From assembly GCA_964016885.1 (NCBI GenBank), contig OZ024743.1:168082001-168146000 (forward strand): a stretch of DNA of 64,000 bases, written 5' to 3'. Below are positions 1-11,300 of the stretch, in pieces. A program made the translations under genes and the position numbers. The first letter of the stretch is position 1; every line of letters begins with the position of its first letter. Origin of the DNA: Eledone cirrhosa. Taxonomy: Eukaryota. The notes below the pieces were generated by a model. That model was not told where the DNA came from. It ran no database searches and saw only the letters and a list, made by a program, of their open reading frames with translations.

Positions 1-1955
1 TCCAAGCAATTTATAGATTTTTGTGTATATTATGACAATCTTCCAGTATCATTTTGTTAACCAAAAGCTGATCGTTACAGCTATATGAGCCTCGTTTACA
101 CCCTTTCTGCTCAATGGGAAATAGGTCATTTGTTATCAGTTGGTCATATGTATATTCAGTTAGGACTGATGTTAAAATTTTATACATTGTGGTCAAGCAA
201 GTTATCGGTCTGTAATTTTTGGGATTGTTTGTCTCATCATTCTTCGGAAGCAGGAATGTAATGCCGTTAACTAGCCATGATGGTATCTTTTCTGGCTCCT
301 TAACTATTTCATTGTAAAGTTGGGCTAACAGCTCACAAGACTCTGTGAAGGCATTTATCCAAAAATTTTGTATTTTATCTTTTCCTGGGGATTTCCATGT
401 GCTGGTTTTTCTAAGAGCCAAACGCAATTGTTCAACTGTTATATTTTCCCATATTTGTTCCTGAAGGTGAGCTGTATCTTTCATTTGTCTGTCTGTCCAT
501 GGGGCATGTATATTATGAACTTTTTCTTCGGCCCAGATCTTTTCCCAGAATTCTTGCACTTCCTCCTTGGGTGGTATTGATTTAGCAGTTATTGTTGACT
601 TACCAATTTTTCTGTAGAAGTTTCTTTGGTTGTTTTTGAACATATTATTGTCCTTATAGAATCTAGATCGTTTTTCAAAGCGCCTTATACGAGCAGCTTT
701 GGCCGACACTTTTTGCTTGATTATTTCTATCAGCATGTCTATGTCACTTATTGATTTTATACTGTACTTTCTTTTCAATTTTCTAAGTTTAGTTTGTTTA
801 ACATGTTCACCTACTTTATAGTTTGTTAAAATTTCTATGTCAGATCGGAGAAGGTTTATTTGGCGATTGATGTTCTCTTGCCAAGTAGATTTCTTGTGGG
901 AATTCCTTTGTTTTTTCATCTTCACTCCACATAAGTGAGTGGTGACTTTAGCAGATGCATAATAGAGATGATTTAAATCAGTAATGTTTAGTTTGTTTGT
1001 GATGATAATGTTTTTGAGAATTATGTTAGTCTTGTGTATTATCTTTTGGTTCTGTTTGGAGTTCTGGATCTTAGGGAGGGTGTCTCGTTGCCCCATGCCA
1101 GATTTTTTCATTTTCATCCATTCGATCATAATTTCATCCTTCAAGTTGGCAAGTTCATTCTCATTCATTTCTTTATCATTTACGATCTCATTATTTTCAT
1201 TTTGAGTTTCATCTTGAGCATGCACTCCCTCCACTTTTTCGATCCTTTCTTTAATTTGTTCTGTTGTCAGTGATTCCGCCCCAACCCTGGGATTCGAAGT
1301 GTTACAATTTACCTCGTTTTCACTGACACATGTTTCATTTTCCCTTCGCTGACTTTGTGCTAATAGCTTGATCTGATCAATTTCTATATCAGTTAGTAAC
1401 TTTTTTTAACAATATTTCTTCGTATATTGGCTAGTTTGTTACTGTCAATATAGCCTCTGTTTTCGGGATGTTTCTTTTTCCAGTTAATATATGTCTGTTC
1501 TGTATTCGATGTATTTGATGGGTAGTACATGGCAGTGTAGAAAGCCTCAAGGACTTCTTTATTATCTTCCCTTGACCATTTTTCTCTCTTTTTCTTTGGA
1601 TTTCTTGGTGGTGAGCATGGAGGGCCAACAGTAGGAGTATTCCGGTTATGGGAGGTCTCCAGCTCCGAAGTGATGGGAAGGTTTGAACCATTAGCTGATT
1701 TTTCGACCCCAGTCTGGTTTCACCCTGAGGGACGCGGCCCTTTTTGACCCGGGTGATGGCCGTTCCGGTATGAAATTTTATCATTAGACATTTACTTTAT
1801 TTTGTCGCGTTTTATCCCTATCCGCCAAGGGGTAATCATTTCGTGTTACCACTTCTTGGACGAGTGTCAACCAAGACTAGAGGGGTCGTCCTCCCCTAGA
1901 AACACGGCTATTCCCCGCCGGCCGCCATCCCGGTATTTCTTGGTCACGGGGTTTT
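1..1955 (-). mobile_element. R4/Dong-like (RLE) non-LTR retrotransposon, family A, 5' part (5' UTR, N-terminus, start of RT); runs off the window edge
   Basis: ORF 11..1234 has RT N-terminal motifs ([36 protein letters not shown]). Bases 1-395 are near-identical to 16390-16784. The frame is disrupted upstream of 1234. Confidence 0.85.
1815..1891 (-). ncRNA. Putative HDV-like self-cleaving ribozyme in the R4/Dong 5' UTR
   Basis: Minus strand: P1 GGACGA/TCGTCC, P1.1 TT/AA, P4 GGTAA..TTACC, J4/2 GGCGGA with candidate catalytic C, P2 CTCTA/TAGGG. Ends about 25-30 nt before the ORF ATG. The P3 register is ambiguous. Confidence 0.55.
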
Positions 1956-1999
1956 CTTTTTTGTTGTTTTTTTAAATTGTTATTATCATGAGTGGTTCC

Positions 2000-2890
2000 T
2001 TAATGTGAGCATTGCGTGGCTTAAGAATGAAATTATTAATAATATAAGATACTTTTTGCTGAAGTTGCCTGTTATTGTTGTTGGCTATGTCGGTGGTGGT
2101 GCTGGGGCTTTTTCTATTGTTGGTGGGGAAGGGGGGGGGCCAGCAGTGGCCGGGTCACTAAGTCAATCTATTTATATCTTTTGCTAGCCTCTCCCTTGTC
2201 TAGTGATACCGCCACCTTCCCCTTTCTTAAGTTAACAGAAGGTAATGGGGGAATAGTGGTGGTTGCAATGAAGGAATGGTGGCTGCGGTGATGGGATAGT
2301 GGTAGCAATGATGGATGGAGTGGTGGCGGCGGTGACTATAGTGATGGCGTTGTCGTTACTGAGTTTTGTTGAATAGTTTTGTTTGATCTGTGTATCTATG
2401 CGTTTGTCGCGTATGTTTAATATCTGTGTTGACACATTACCTTAATATTGCAATTAAACATTTTGTGAAAACTTGAGACAATAATAATAGTAATTATTAT
2501 TATTATGCTGGGATTGGTGGTGGTGGTGAAATTGCCGTTATCTGGCTGTTGCATTTAGTGTACACAGAGGGGTGATGGGATAGGTGGTGTATCTAGTTTG
2601 TGGTGTTGGTGAAATTGCTGTTATTTGGCTGTTCTATATAGTGTAGACAGAGGGGGTTTTCTTCCATTTATAACCATTTTCTTTTTTGAATATTAAATGT
2701 ATAATACAAAATTAAATATTTGAGCGATATAACAGGATATTATGGATCCGAATTTTCTGAGACTTGAGTCTGGTGCTTTATGTATCATTTGTACTAAGAA
2801 GTGTTATTTCACAATTGATTTAAATATGTTAAAAATCAAAAACTTACGGGAGCGATTTCATGACCTTCTATCCACCACGTGCGTCTTCTT
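2000..2890 (-). mobile_element. Possible 5' UTR/ORF1 start of another Tx1/L1 family, abutting a (GAA)n tract
   Basis: Minus strand begins (GAA)n-GAAGACGCACGTGG...GCTCCCGTAAG, resembling the GCTC..GTAAG/GCAAAG 5' ends of the Tx1 copies at 4328 and 16805. Thr/Pro-rich degenerate frames follow. No diagnostic domain. Confidence 0.3.
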
Positions 2891-2925
2891 CCCTTCTTCT
2901 TCTTCTTCTTCTTCTTCTTCTTCTT

Positions 2926-3003
<78 letters not shown>
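2885..3003. repeat. Compound microsatellite (TTC)n(TTA)n
   Basis: Directly visible. Confidence 0.98.
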
Positions 3004-3937
3004 TGCATTTATCTTGCTTTATGTTTATACGAGTTATCACCAAGTCACAACCAGTGACCTCAAGAGACAACAAGGTCCGCCATGTTCAAGAAAGAACATA
3101 CATATTCACACATGCATCCTTAGTGTTTAGACTTGTGATGTACTTATATTGACAGGATCTTCCTTAGTATATGGGCAGTTCCCATTAGTACTATCTTTTG
3201 TATTTCTCCTATACGCGGGTTTCCTGGGATTTGCGATACGTAGTCGTTAGACCCCTTAGGTATCATTCCCAGAGCGCCTACAACCACTGGTATTGTTTTA
3301 GTTCTCAATTTCCACATTTTTCCAATTTCTATCTCCAGGTCCTTATACTTGCTCAATTTTTCAAATGTTTTTATAGATACATTCTTGTCTATTGGAACAG
3401 ACATATCAATTAGCAGGCATACCCTCCTTTGAAAGTCCTTCAATATTATATCAGGTCTATTTGCATCTATTTTTCGGTCTGTTTGGATGCTAAAGTTCCA
3501 CAAGATTGAGATGTGATCTTTTTCAAGTATGGGAGGTGGTTGATGCTCCCACCAATTCTTTTGATGGGGCAGGTCAAAATGCTTACACATTATCCAATGT
3601 ATGTATTGTGCAGCTCTGTCATGCCTGTTTAGGTATTCGGTTGGAGCTATAGGACTGCACATTGAAATTATATGGTCAATGGTCTCTGGTTGTTTTTTGC
3701 ATACACGGCATAATGGGCTGCACCCATTTCTTATTATGTTGGCTTGGTAATTTTTTGTTGGCAGACACTGATCTTGTGCGGATATAATCAGTCCTTCAGT
3801 CTCCGATTTCAGTCCAGAGGATGCCAACCACTGATGGGTTAAAGTTTTGTCAACATCAGGATTGTTAGCTCGCTCTGGGTATTTTCCATACAGAGGCTTT
3901 TCTTGCCATTTCTTAGCCAGTTTCTGTAGCAGTTCTT
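3004..3937 (-). mobile_element. R4/Dong-like family A, 5'-truncated copy (CCHC finger, RLE endonuclease, 3' UTR)
   Basis: ORF 3144..3827: CRVC..ETIDHIISMC finger, RHD motif, RPDIIL..LIDMSVP..K.SKY PD-(D/E)xK nuclease. The 3' UTR ends in (TAA)n on the minus strand. Confidence 0.9.
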
Positions 3938-3952
3938 ATTATTATAATAATA

Positions 3953-4258
3953 GAGAGAAGCAAGAATGGCCCGAGTGAATGGGCCTACTCTGAGTACGTA
4001 TCTGTAAATTAAAAGTGGAAAACTGGGAGAGGGCACTTGCCTTGGTGGTCAGGGTCACTGTGGCCTTTTACTGGGCTTTCTCCACAAATGTCCCTCCGAA
4101 GTCTCCCCCCTATTGGGGAATTTTTCATTGTTATTTTTTTGTTACATCCTCTATTTTTATTTTTTGCACGCAGAAATGCCCATTTGTACCGTCCTGTATT
4201 GTCCTGCACTGTCCTTAATGTCTACTTTAAGTAAACCCTTGTGGTTAATAAAGAAATC
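3953..4258 (+). mobile_element. Tx1-clade 3'-terminal fragment (ORF2 end and 3' UTR)
   Basis: Near-identical to the 3' ends at 7977-8278 and 21985-22286. Ends AATAAAGAAATC followed by (ATT)n. Confidence 0.9.
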
Positions 4259-4274
4259 ATTATTATTATTATTA

Positions 4275-4311
<37 letters not shown>

Positions 4312-4544
4312 CATTATTGTTATTATTGCTGAATGCCATGGTTGACGGAGGCTCGGCTCTGTAAGGTATAGTAATTTTTAACCGTTAAAACAATTGTAAA
4401 TTGTTTAAAACTTGAACCAAATTATTGATAAAGACACCTTCCTCCTCATGAGAGGGGTCTTTCTGTCCGTTATTTGGCCCTTCGGGGTTAAATAACCAGT
4501 TATTGGGGTTTTGTACCCAATATTCATTTTAAACAAAAAACAAC

Positions 4545-6639
4545 ATGGCTACGAAAAAGAAATTTCATACGTCACTCCCACTCATTCCGTCTTCTTCTTC
4601 CTCAATCATCACTACAGCAGAGAGAAGATTGTCTCTCTCCCTCCCTTCTTTAAATGTGTCTCTCTCCCTCCCTTCTCTTTCGCAAGTGACGAAAGAAAAG
4701 AAAAGTCTCGTGCAAAGCGTGCAAGGTTTCTCCACGACGACGACGACAGCGACGAAACAGGTGTGCGGGAAATACGAAAACCCAGTTCATTCGTCTGACG
4801 TCAGGAATAATAGCAGTAGCAGCCGTAATAACAACAGCAACAGTGACAATAAAAACAACAGTAGCAGCCGCAACAGCATCACCAGCAGCATAAACAACAA
4901 CAGCATTAGCAGCAGCAACACCAACAACAACCACAGCAACAGCGGCGGAGGCAGTAGTCGTAGTACCTGCAGCAACAACAAAAGTACCAGCAGCTCTGAC
5001 GACAACAACAACAGCAGAGAAAAACCAATCTCATTTGCAGGTATTGCGAAAAATTTGGAAACAATCCTCATAACAAATGAGGAATTAGAGGAAGCGAAGA
5101 AGATGGTGACAAAGAACGGACACCGAGCAATCTGCAAGGCAGCGAAAAATTTTTTCGAAACCCAAGAGCACTGTACGGTCACGTACCGTACAGTAAGTAC
5201 AAAATCCCGTAGGGTGGAAAGAGCCACAGAGGCCCAAATACAAAAAGCCTTGGGGTCTGTGTGGCAGCGGAAAACGCACATCACCCGAGGCAAAAAATAT
5301 GCCACCGTAGACGTACTTTTTGCCACACCCCAGGAGGCAAAGGCCCAATCAGTAGTGACCCTAAGGAGCGAGGAAATGGTGTTGGTGCCTTCCTACTGTG
5401 GGCAAAAAATTGTGAGGGTCAAACTGACCCACGTCCCCCCCGGAATGACCCCTTCTTGGCTGGCCGCGTCTGTCCTCGTCGGAATCGAGGACAAAACAAC
5501 TGTACTGCAAGTACAGAAAAAAGTAAGAGAAGATTGGGTCGGCTCCTCCATTGAGATGCTAATCCAAACCAACCAGGAGTGCATCGAAGCTATCCCGGAT
5601 GTGATAGACTTCGATAACGGCACTCAACTGCCCATAAGTGTTGAGGGCAAACGCCCGAAATGCTTTCGCTGTGGATCGAAGACTCACTTCAGGGCCTTCT
5701 GCAACGAGAAGACCCTGAGAAAGGAGAAAACCCCCCTCCTTCCGAATCCGGCTCCACGGCTACCAGCAACAGGACAAGCGGCAACCAGGAACGATAGGCC
5801 CGTGGCACCCATACCCACTCCACGGAAATCAAAAACAGCAGCAGCAGTGGAAATACTAACAACAACAACAGCAATACCAAATGCAGCTGCAACAGAGACT
5901 CCAGTGCAAACATCACCAACAACAACAAGTGAAAGAGTGGAGTTGGTACCCCTCCCCGACCTCACAGAATCAGACATGGAGTGTGAGGTGGGAGAGAGAT
6001 GGCAAAAGGTCTTAAGAAGGCACAAACGCAGAAGCAGCGCATCGTCGCCTTTGAAAAGTGAGGAAAGAAATGAGAAAAGGGTAAAGTCTACTGCAAAGAG
6101 ACCCACAGCAACAACAACACCAACACCATCACCACCCACACTAGCGCCACCATCACCACCGGCGACAACCCCACCGCCAACAACACCTTCAACACCACCA
6201 CCACAAGCACCAACATCGCAAACACAACAACAAAACACACACACCCAGCAACAACGACAAGAAAATAGCAGAACCACACCCCACCCCCAGAAAAACAAAT
6301 GCACGGCAATAAATACACACAACAAGAAACTAATGACTTACATAATTGAACACAGACATTTCACAACAGGACTACATAATACCAGCACCAATCAAAACGC
6401 CAACTAACATAAGACTGCTAAAAATAGCACAGAAACAATACACAAATATTAAAACGAAATTCCCCAACGCAGTTGGTGATTTCAGGGACCTAGGAGGAAC
6501 CATCAATCGAAGAGTATATTCAGACATTCTCTTAGAAGAGCCGACGACCAGCCGAAGGGACGATTCAACGGTCCCTTCACCAGACGATCAAGTGAAAAGG
6601 GATGTAAAAAACATCCCTCCTCTACCAAAAGTACGGTAA
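4545..6639 (+). pseudogene. Tx1 ORF1 (gag-like nucleic-acid-binding protein), one frameshift near 6340-6400
   Basis: CX2CX4HX4C knuckle CFRCGSKTHFRAFC, Asn/Ser- and Pro/Thr-rich linkers. The C-terminal part lies in ORF 6346..6639. Confidence 0.85.
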
Positions 6640-6674
6640 GTGGTCTTTCCCATCTTTTCCACTCTATTTTAAAC

Positions 6675-8030
6675 ATGACCTCACTCAGAATAGGCAGCTT
6701 AAATGCGCGTGGCTTGGGGTCGTCATGGAAGCAGGGCCACCTGCTCAACGACCTCAGGTCACTAAACATAGATGTAGTGGCCATCAGCGAGACCAGAATC
6801 TCCGAAGCACGGGCCTTCGCACCGATCTTCGGCGGCTACGATTTGTACGCATCTCCCAGCCGTCCTGGATCGGGTGGAGGAGTTGCTGTGCTTTTTCGGA
6901 GAGGTGTGGATCTCGCCATACGGGCCATCTTCCTGGAACCAGAGGGTAAGCTGGTGGTGCTGGACGTGACCAGCGGAGACGGGCAAGCTTTCAGGCTAGT
7001 GGTCGAGCGGAGGTGGCTAACGCGTACATCGCGTCCGTCATCTGCTACCGCCTGACCGTCGTACCTCGTCCTGACTGCGCTGGAGCGTTTGCTCTTTCGC
7101 TTTTTGTGGAAGGGACGCGCTCCGATGGTCAGGCGGTTCATCTGTTGTCAACACCCGCTACGTGGAGGGCTGGGCATGCCGTGGCTGATGATGCGCAGGC
7201 ACGCGCTCAGGCTACGACATCTCCACCTCTTCCTCGACGGTGATCAGGTGTGGTCGCCGTTTGCTAGACGCGTCTTTCCCCAGCTCGTTTCCTTGACGGA
7301 GCTGCAGTCCTGGGTCAAGCGAAGACCGAGAGGGAGCGCCTGGAGACTGGAATGTCTTCAGGCGCTCACAGCCCTCGACCAATCGGGCAATGTGATCGGT
7401 GGAAACTCCACCTCGGCGTTCTATAGAGGATTAGTGGAGGGGAAGAGCGACGACGTACTTGGGGAAACTCTAGGCGTCGACAAAAATCAACTAGCCAATC
7501 TCTTCGGGGGAACTTTCGGGCCGGGGCCTATGGACAACTTCCAGAAATCTCTGGCCTGGCACTGCTACCGAGGAGCCTTGCCAGTTCGATAAACTCTACA
7601 GGCTTGGAGGTGCCGTCAGCCGGGCATGTTCGAGATGCGCGCAGGGCGACGAAACCGTCCTGCACGCACTCGTCCAGTGTCCGAAAATTGCTGACTTGTG
7701 GGTTTATGTTGAACACCTGCTGTCGCGTTTAGGACGGATCCGGCTATCATCTGAGGATTGCCCCGCCCTCCTCCTTTAGCCGGGAAGGGCAGGCAGTTTT
7801 TATCTGCCTGGTGGCCATGGTGAAAGAGATAGTATGGTGGACACGTTTGAAAGGGCTGAAGACGAGCACTTACCTCTTCGGTGATGCTCTGATTGACTTT
7901 TTCAAATTTCATTTGAAAAGGAAAATCAGAGTAGAGAGGGAAGTGCTCTCTTCCCAGCATTTTGTTGAAAGATGGGTGAGAAAGCAAGAATGGCCCGAGT
8001 GAATGGGCCTACTCTGAGTATATATCTGTA
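6675..8030 (+). pseudogene. Tx1 ORF2 remnant (APE N-terminus fused to C-terminal region; RT deleted)
   Basis: MTSLRIGSLNARGL is APE motif I; then FLWKG...GGLGMP and a C-terminal cysteine-rich region. Confidence 0.85.
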
Positions 8031-8317
8031 AATTAAAGGTGGAAAACTGGGAGAGGGCACTTGCCTTGGTGGTCAGGGTCATTGTGGCTTTTTACTGGGC
8101 TTTCTCCACAAATGTCCCTCCGAAGTCTCACCCCTATTGGGGAATTTTTCATTATTTTTTGTTACATCCTCTGTTTTTGTTTTTTACACGCAGAAATGCC
8201 CATTTGTACCGTCCTGCATTGTCCTGCACTGTCCTTAATGTTTACTTTATGTAAACCCTTGTGGTTAATAAAGAAATCATTATTATTATTATTATTATTA
8301 TTATTGTTGTTATTATT

Positions 8318-11300
8318 GCTGAATGCCATGGTTGACGGAGGCTCGGCTCTGTAAGGTATTGTAATTTTTCACCGTTGTAACAATTGTAAATTGTTTAAAA
8401 CTTGCACCAAATTGTAGATAAAGACACCCTCCTCCTCCCGAGAGGGGTCGTTCTGTCCGTTATTTGGCCCTTCTGGGTTAAATAACCAGTTATTGGGGGA
8501 TTTGTGCCCAATATTCATTTTAAAAAACAACTAAACCGTGAAAAAACATGGCCACAAAAAGAATTTTCACAAGTCACTCCCACTCCTGCCGTCTTCTTCT
8601 TCCCCAATCGTAATTACGTCAGAGAAAAGATTGTCTCTCTCCCTCTCTTCTCTAAATGTGGTGTCGCCTCTGTTGCCCCTTTCGCAAGTTACGACATTAA
8701 AGAAAAAGGAAAATGTAGTTTCTCGTAGCGTTCTTCATCAAGAGAACGAACGTACCGTGGAACATTTCTCCACGACGACGAAAGACGTGTGCGGTAAATA
8801 CGGAAAGCCATTTCATTCGTCTGACGTCAAGAAGAATAGCAGCAGCAGCCGTAAGTAAAGCAGCAGCAGCAACAGTGGCGAGAAAAATACTAGTAGCAGA
8901 AACAACAACAACAACAACAACAGCGGCGGACGTGTTCGTAGTACCAGCAGCAACAACAAAGGTAACAGCAGCTCTGGCGACAACAACAACAACAAGAAAG
9001 TAAAACCAATCTCGTTTCCAGGTATCGCAAAGAACCTGGAAACCATCCTTATAACAATCGAAGAATTACAGGAAGCAAGGAAGATGGTGACGAAAACCCG
9101 AAACTGAGTAATCTGCAACGCAGCCGCAGAATTTTTCGAAATCTAACAGCACTGTACGATTACGTACCGTACAGTAAGCACGAAGTCACGTAGGGTTAAA
9201 AGAGTCACAGAGGCTCAAATACAAAAAGCCTTAGGGTGTGTGTGGCAACGGAAAACGCATATCACCCGAGGCAAGAAATATGCCACCGTGGACGTGCTTT
9301 TTGCCACACCCCAGGAGACAAAGGCTCAATCCTTACTGACCCTAAGGAGCGAGGAAATGGTGTTGGTGCCCTCTTACTGCGGGAAAAAAATTGTGAGGGT
9401 CAAACTAACCTAAGTCCCCCCCCCCCCGGGATGGCCCCTTCTTGGCTGGCTGGCTGCGTCTGTCCTCGTTGGAATCTACAAGTACAGAAAAAAGTACGAG
9501 AAGATTGGGTCGGTGCCTCCATTGAGATTTTAATTCAAACCGACCAGGAGTGCATCGAAGCTATCCCGGATGTGCTGAGGGCAAACGCCCGAAATGCTTC
9601 CGCTGTGGGTCGAAGACTCACCTCAGGGACTTCTGCAATGAGAAGACCCGGAGAAAGGAGAAAACCCCCTCATTCTGAAAGCGGCTCCACTGCTACCAGA
9701 AACAGGACAGGCGGCAAGCAGGAAGTATAGGTCCGTGGAACCCATACCCACGCCACGGAAATCAAGAACAGCAACTGCAGTGGAAGTATCAACAACAACA
9801 GTAATACCAACTGCAGCTGCAACAGAGATTCCACTGCAGACATCACCAACAAGAACAAGTGAAAGAGTGGAGCTGGTACCCCGCCCCGACCTCACAGAAT
9901 CGGACATGGAGTGTGAAGTGAGAGAGGGATGGAAAAAGATTGCAAGAAGGCACAAGAGCAGAAGCAGCGCATCCTCGCCTTCAAAAAGGGAGGGAAGAGA
10001 TGAAAAAAGGGTGAAGGCTACTGTAAAGAGACTTACAGCAGCAACACCTGCAACACCATCACCACCCACACCAGCACTATTATCACCACTGGTGGCAACT
10101 CCACCGCCAACAACAGCAACACTTTCAACAACACCACCACAAGCACCAACATCGCAAACACAACAACAACGACAAGAAAACAGCAACACCACACCCAACC
10201 CCCCAAAAAGTAATGCACAGCAATAAATACACACAACAAGAAACTAGTGACTTACATAATTGAACACAGACGTTTCACAGTACCACTACATAATACCAGC
10301 ACCAATCAATACACCAACGAACATAATACTGGTAAGAATATCACAGAAAGAATACACTAACATTAAAATGAAATTCCCCGACGCAGTTGGTGATTTCAGA
10401 GATCTAGGAGGGACACTCAACCGGAGAGTATACTCGGATATACTCACAGAAGAGCCGACGACCAGCCGAAGGGACGGTTCAACGGTCCCTTCACCAGACG
10501 ATCAAGGTAAGTGATCCTTTCGCACCGATCTTCTACAGTTACGAGGTGTACGCATCTCCGAGCCGCCCGGGAGAGGGGGGCGGAGTGGCTGTGTTGTTTC
10601 GGAAAGGCTTGGGCCTCATCATACGGCCATCTTCCTGGACCCAGAAGGTAAGTCGAATGTGCTGGATGTGAACGGCAACGAAGGAAACGCTTTCAGACTA
10701 GCAGCCAGCCAGCCAAGAAGGGGCCATCCCGGGGGGGGGGGACTTGGGTTAGTTTGACCCTCACAATTTTTTTCCCGCAGTAATAGGGCACCAACACCAT
10801 TTCCTCGCTCCTTAGGGTCAGTAAGGATTGAGCCTTTGTCTCCTGGGGTGTGGCAAAAAGCACGTCCACGGTGGCATATTTCTTGCCTCGGGTGATATGC
10901 GTTTTCCGTTGCCACACACACCCTAAGGCTTTTTGTATTTGAGCCTCTGTGACTCTTTTAACCCTACGTGACTTCGTGCTTACTGTACGGTACGTAATCG
11001 TACAGTGCTGTTAGATTTCGAAAAATTCTGCGGCTGCGTTGCAGATTACTCAGTTTCGGGTTTTCGTCACCATCTTCCTTGCTTCCTGTAATTCTTCGAT
11101 TGTTATAAGGATGGTTTCCAGGTTCTTTGCGATACCTGGAAACGTCTGAGATCGTCCCGCTCTTTAGTGTTAGTGGGCGACTGGAACGGTATCTTGGATG
11201 CATGCTGAGATTATGTGGGGCTAGTGGATACGGGAGGAGGGTGCAAGAGCCTCACCAACCTGCTCAGACGTTTTGAACTGTCTGACAGGTATCGAGTGGA

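Larger units (their letters stand above)
4328..8278 (+). mobile_element. Tx1/L1-clade element (ORF1 type A) with a large internal ORF2 deletion at about 7002
   Basis: Flanked by (TTA)n on both sides. ORF1 has a zinc knuckle. ORF2 starts with the APE motif (LNARGL..D..AISET) and jumps directly to post-RT sequence. Confidence 0.9.

Noticed and set aside
2742-3152. Poly-S/Y, poly-L/I and poly-F ORFs
   Set aside because: Translations of the (TTC)n(TTA)n tract.
4650-6325. Hydrophobic minus-strand ORFs that look like membrane proteins
   Set aside because: Antisense shadows of CAA/ACA-rich Tx1 ORF1.
6995-7010. ORF2 internal deletion as a spliced product
   Set aside because: The junction shows GG microhomology and does not coincide with the GTAAGT donor-like motif at 6636.
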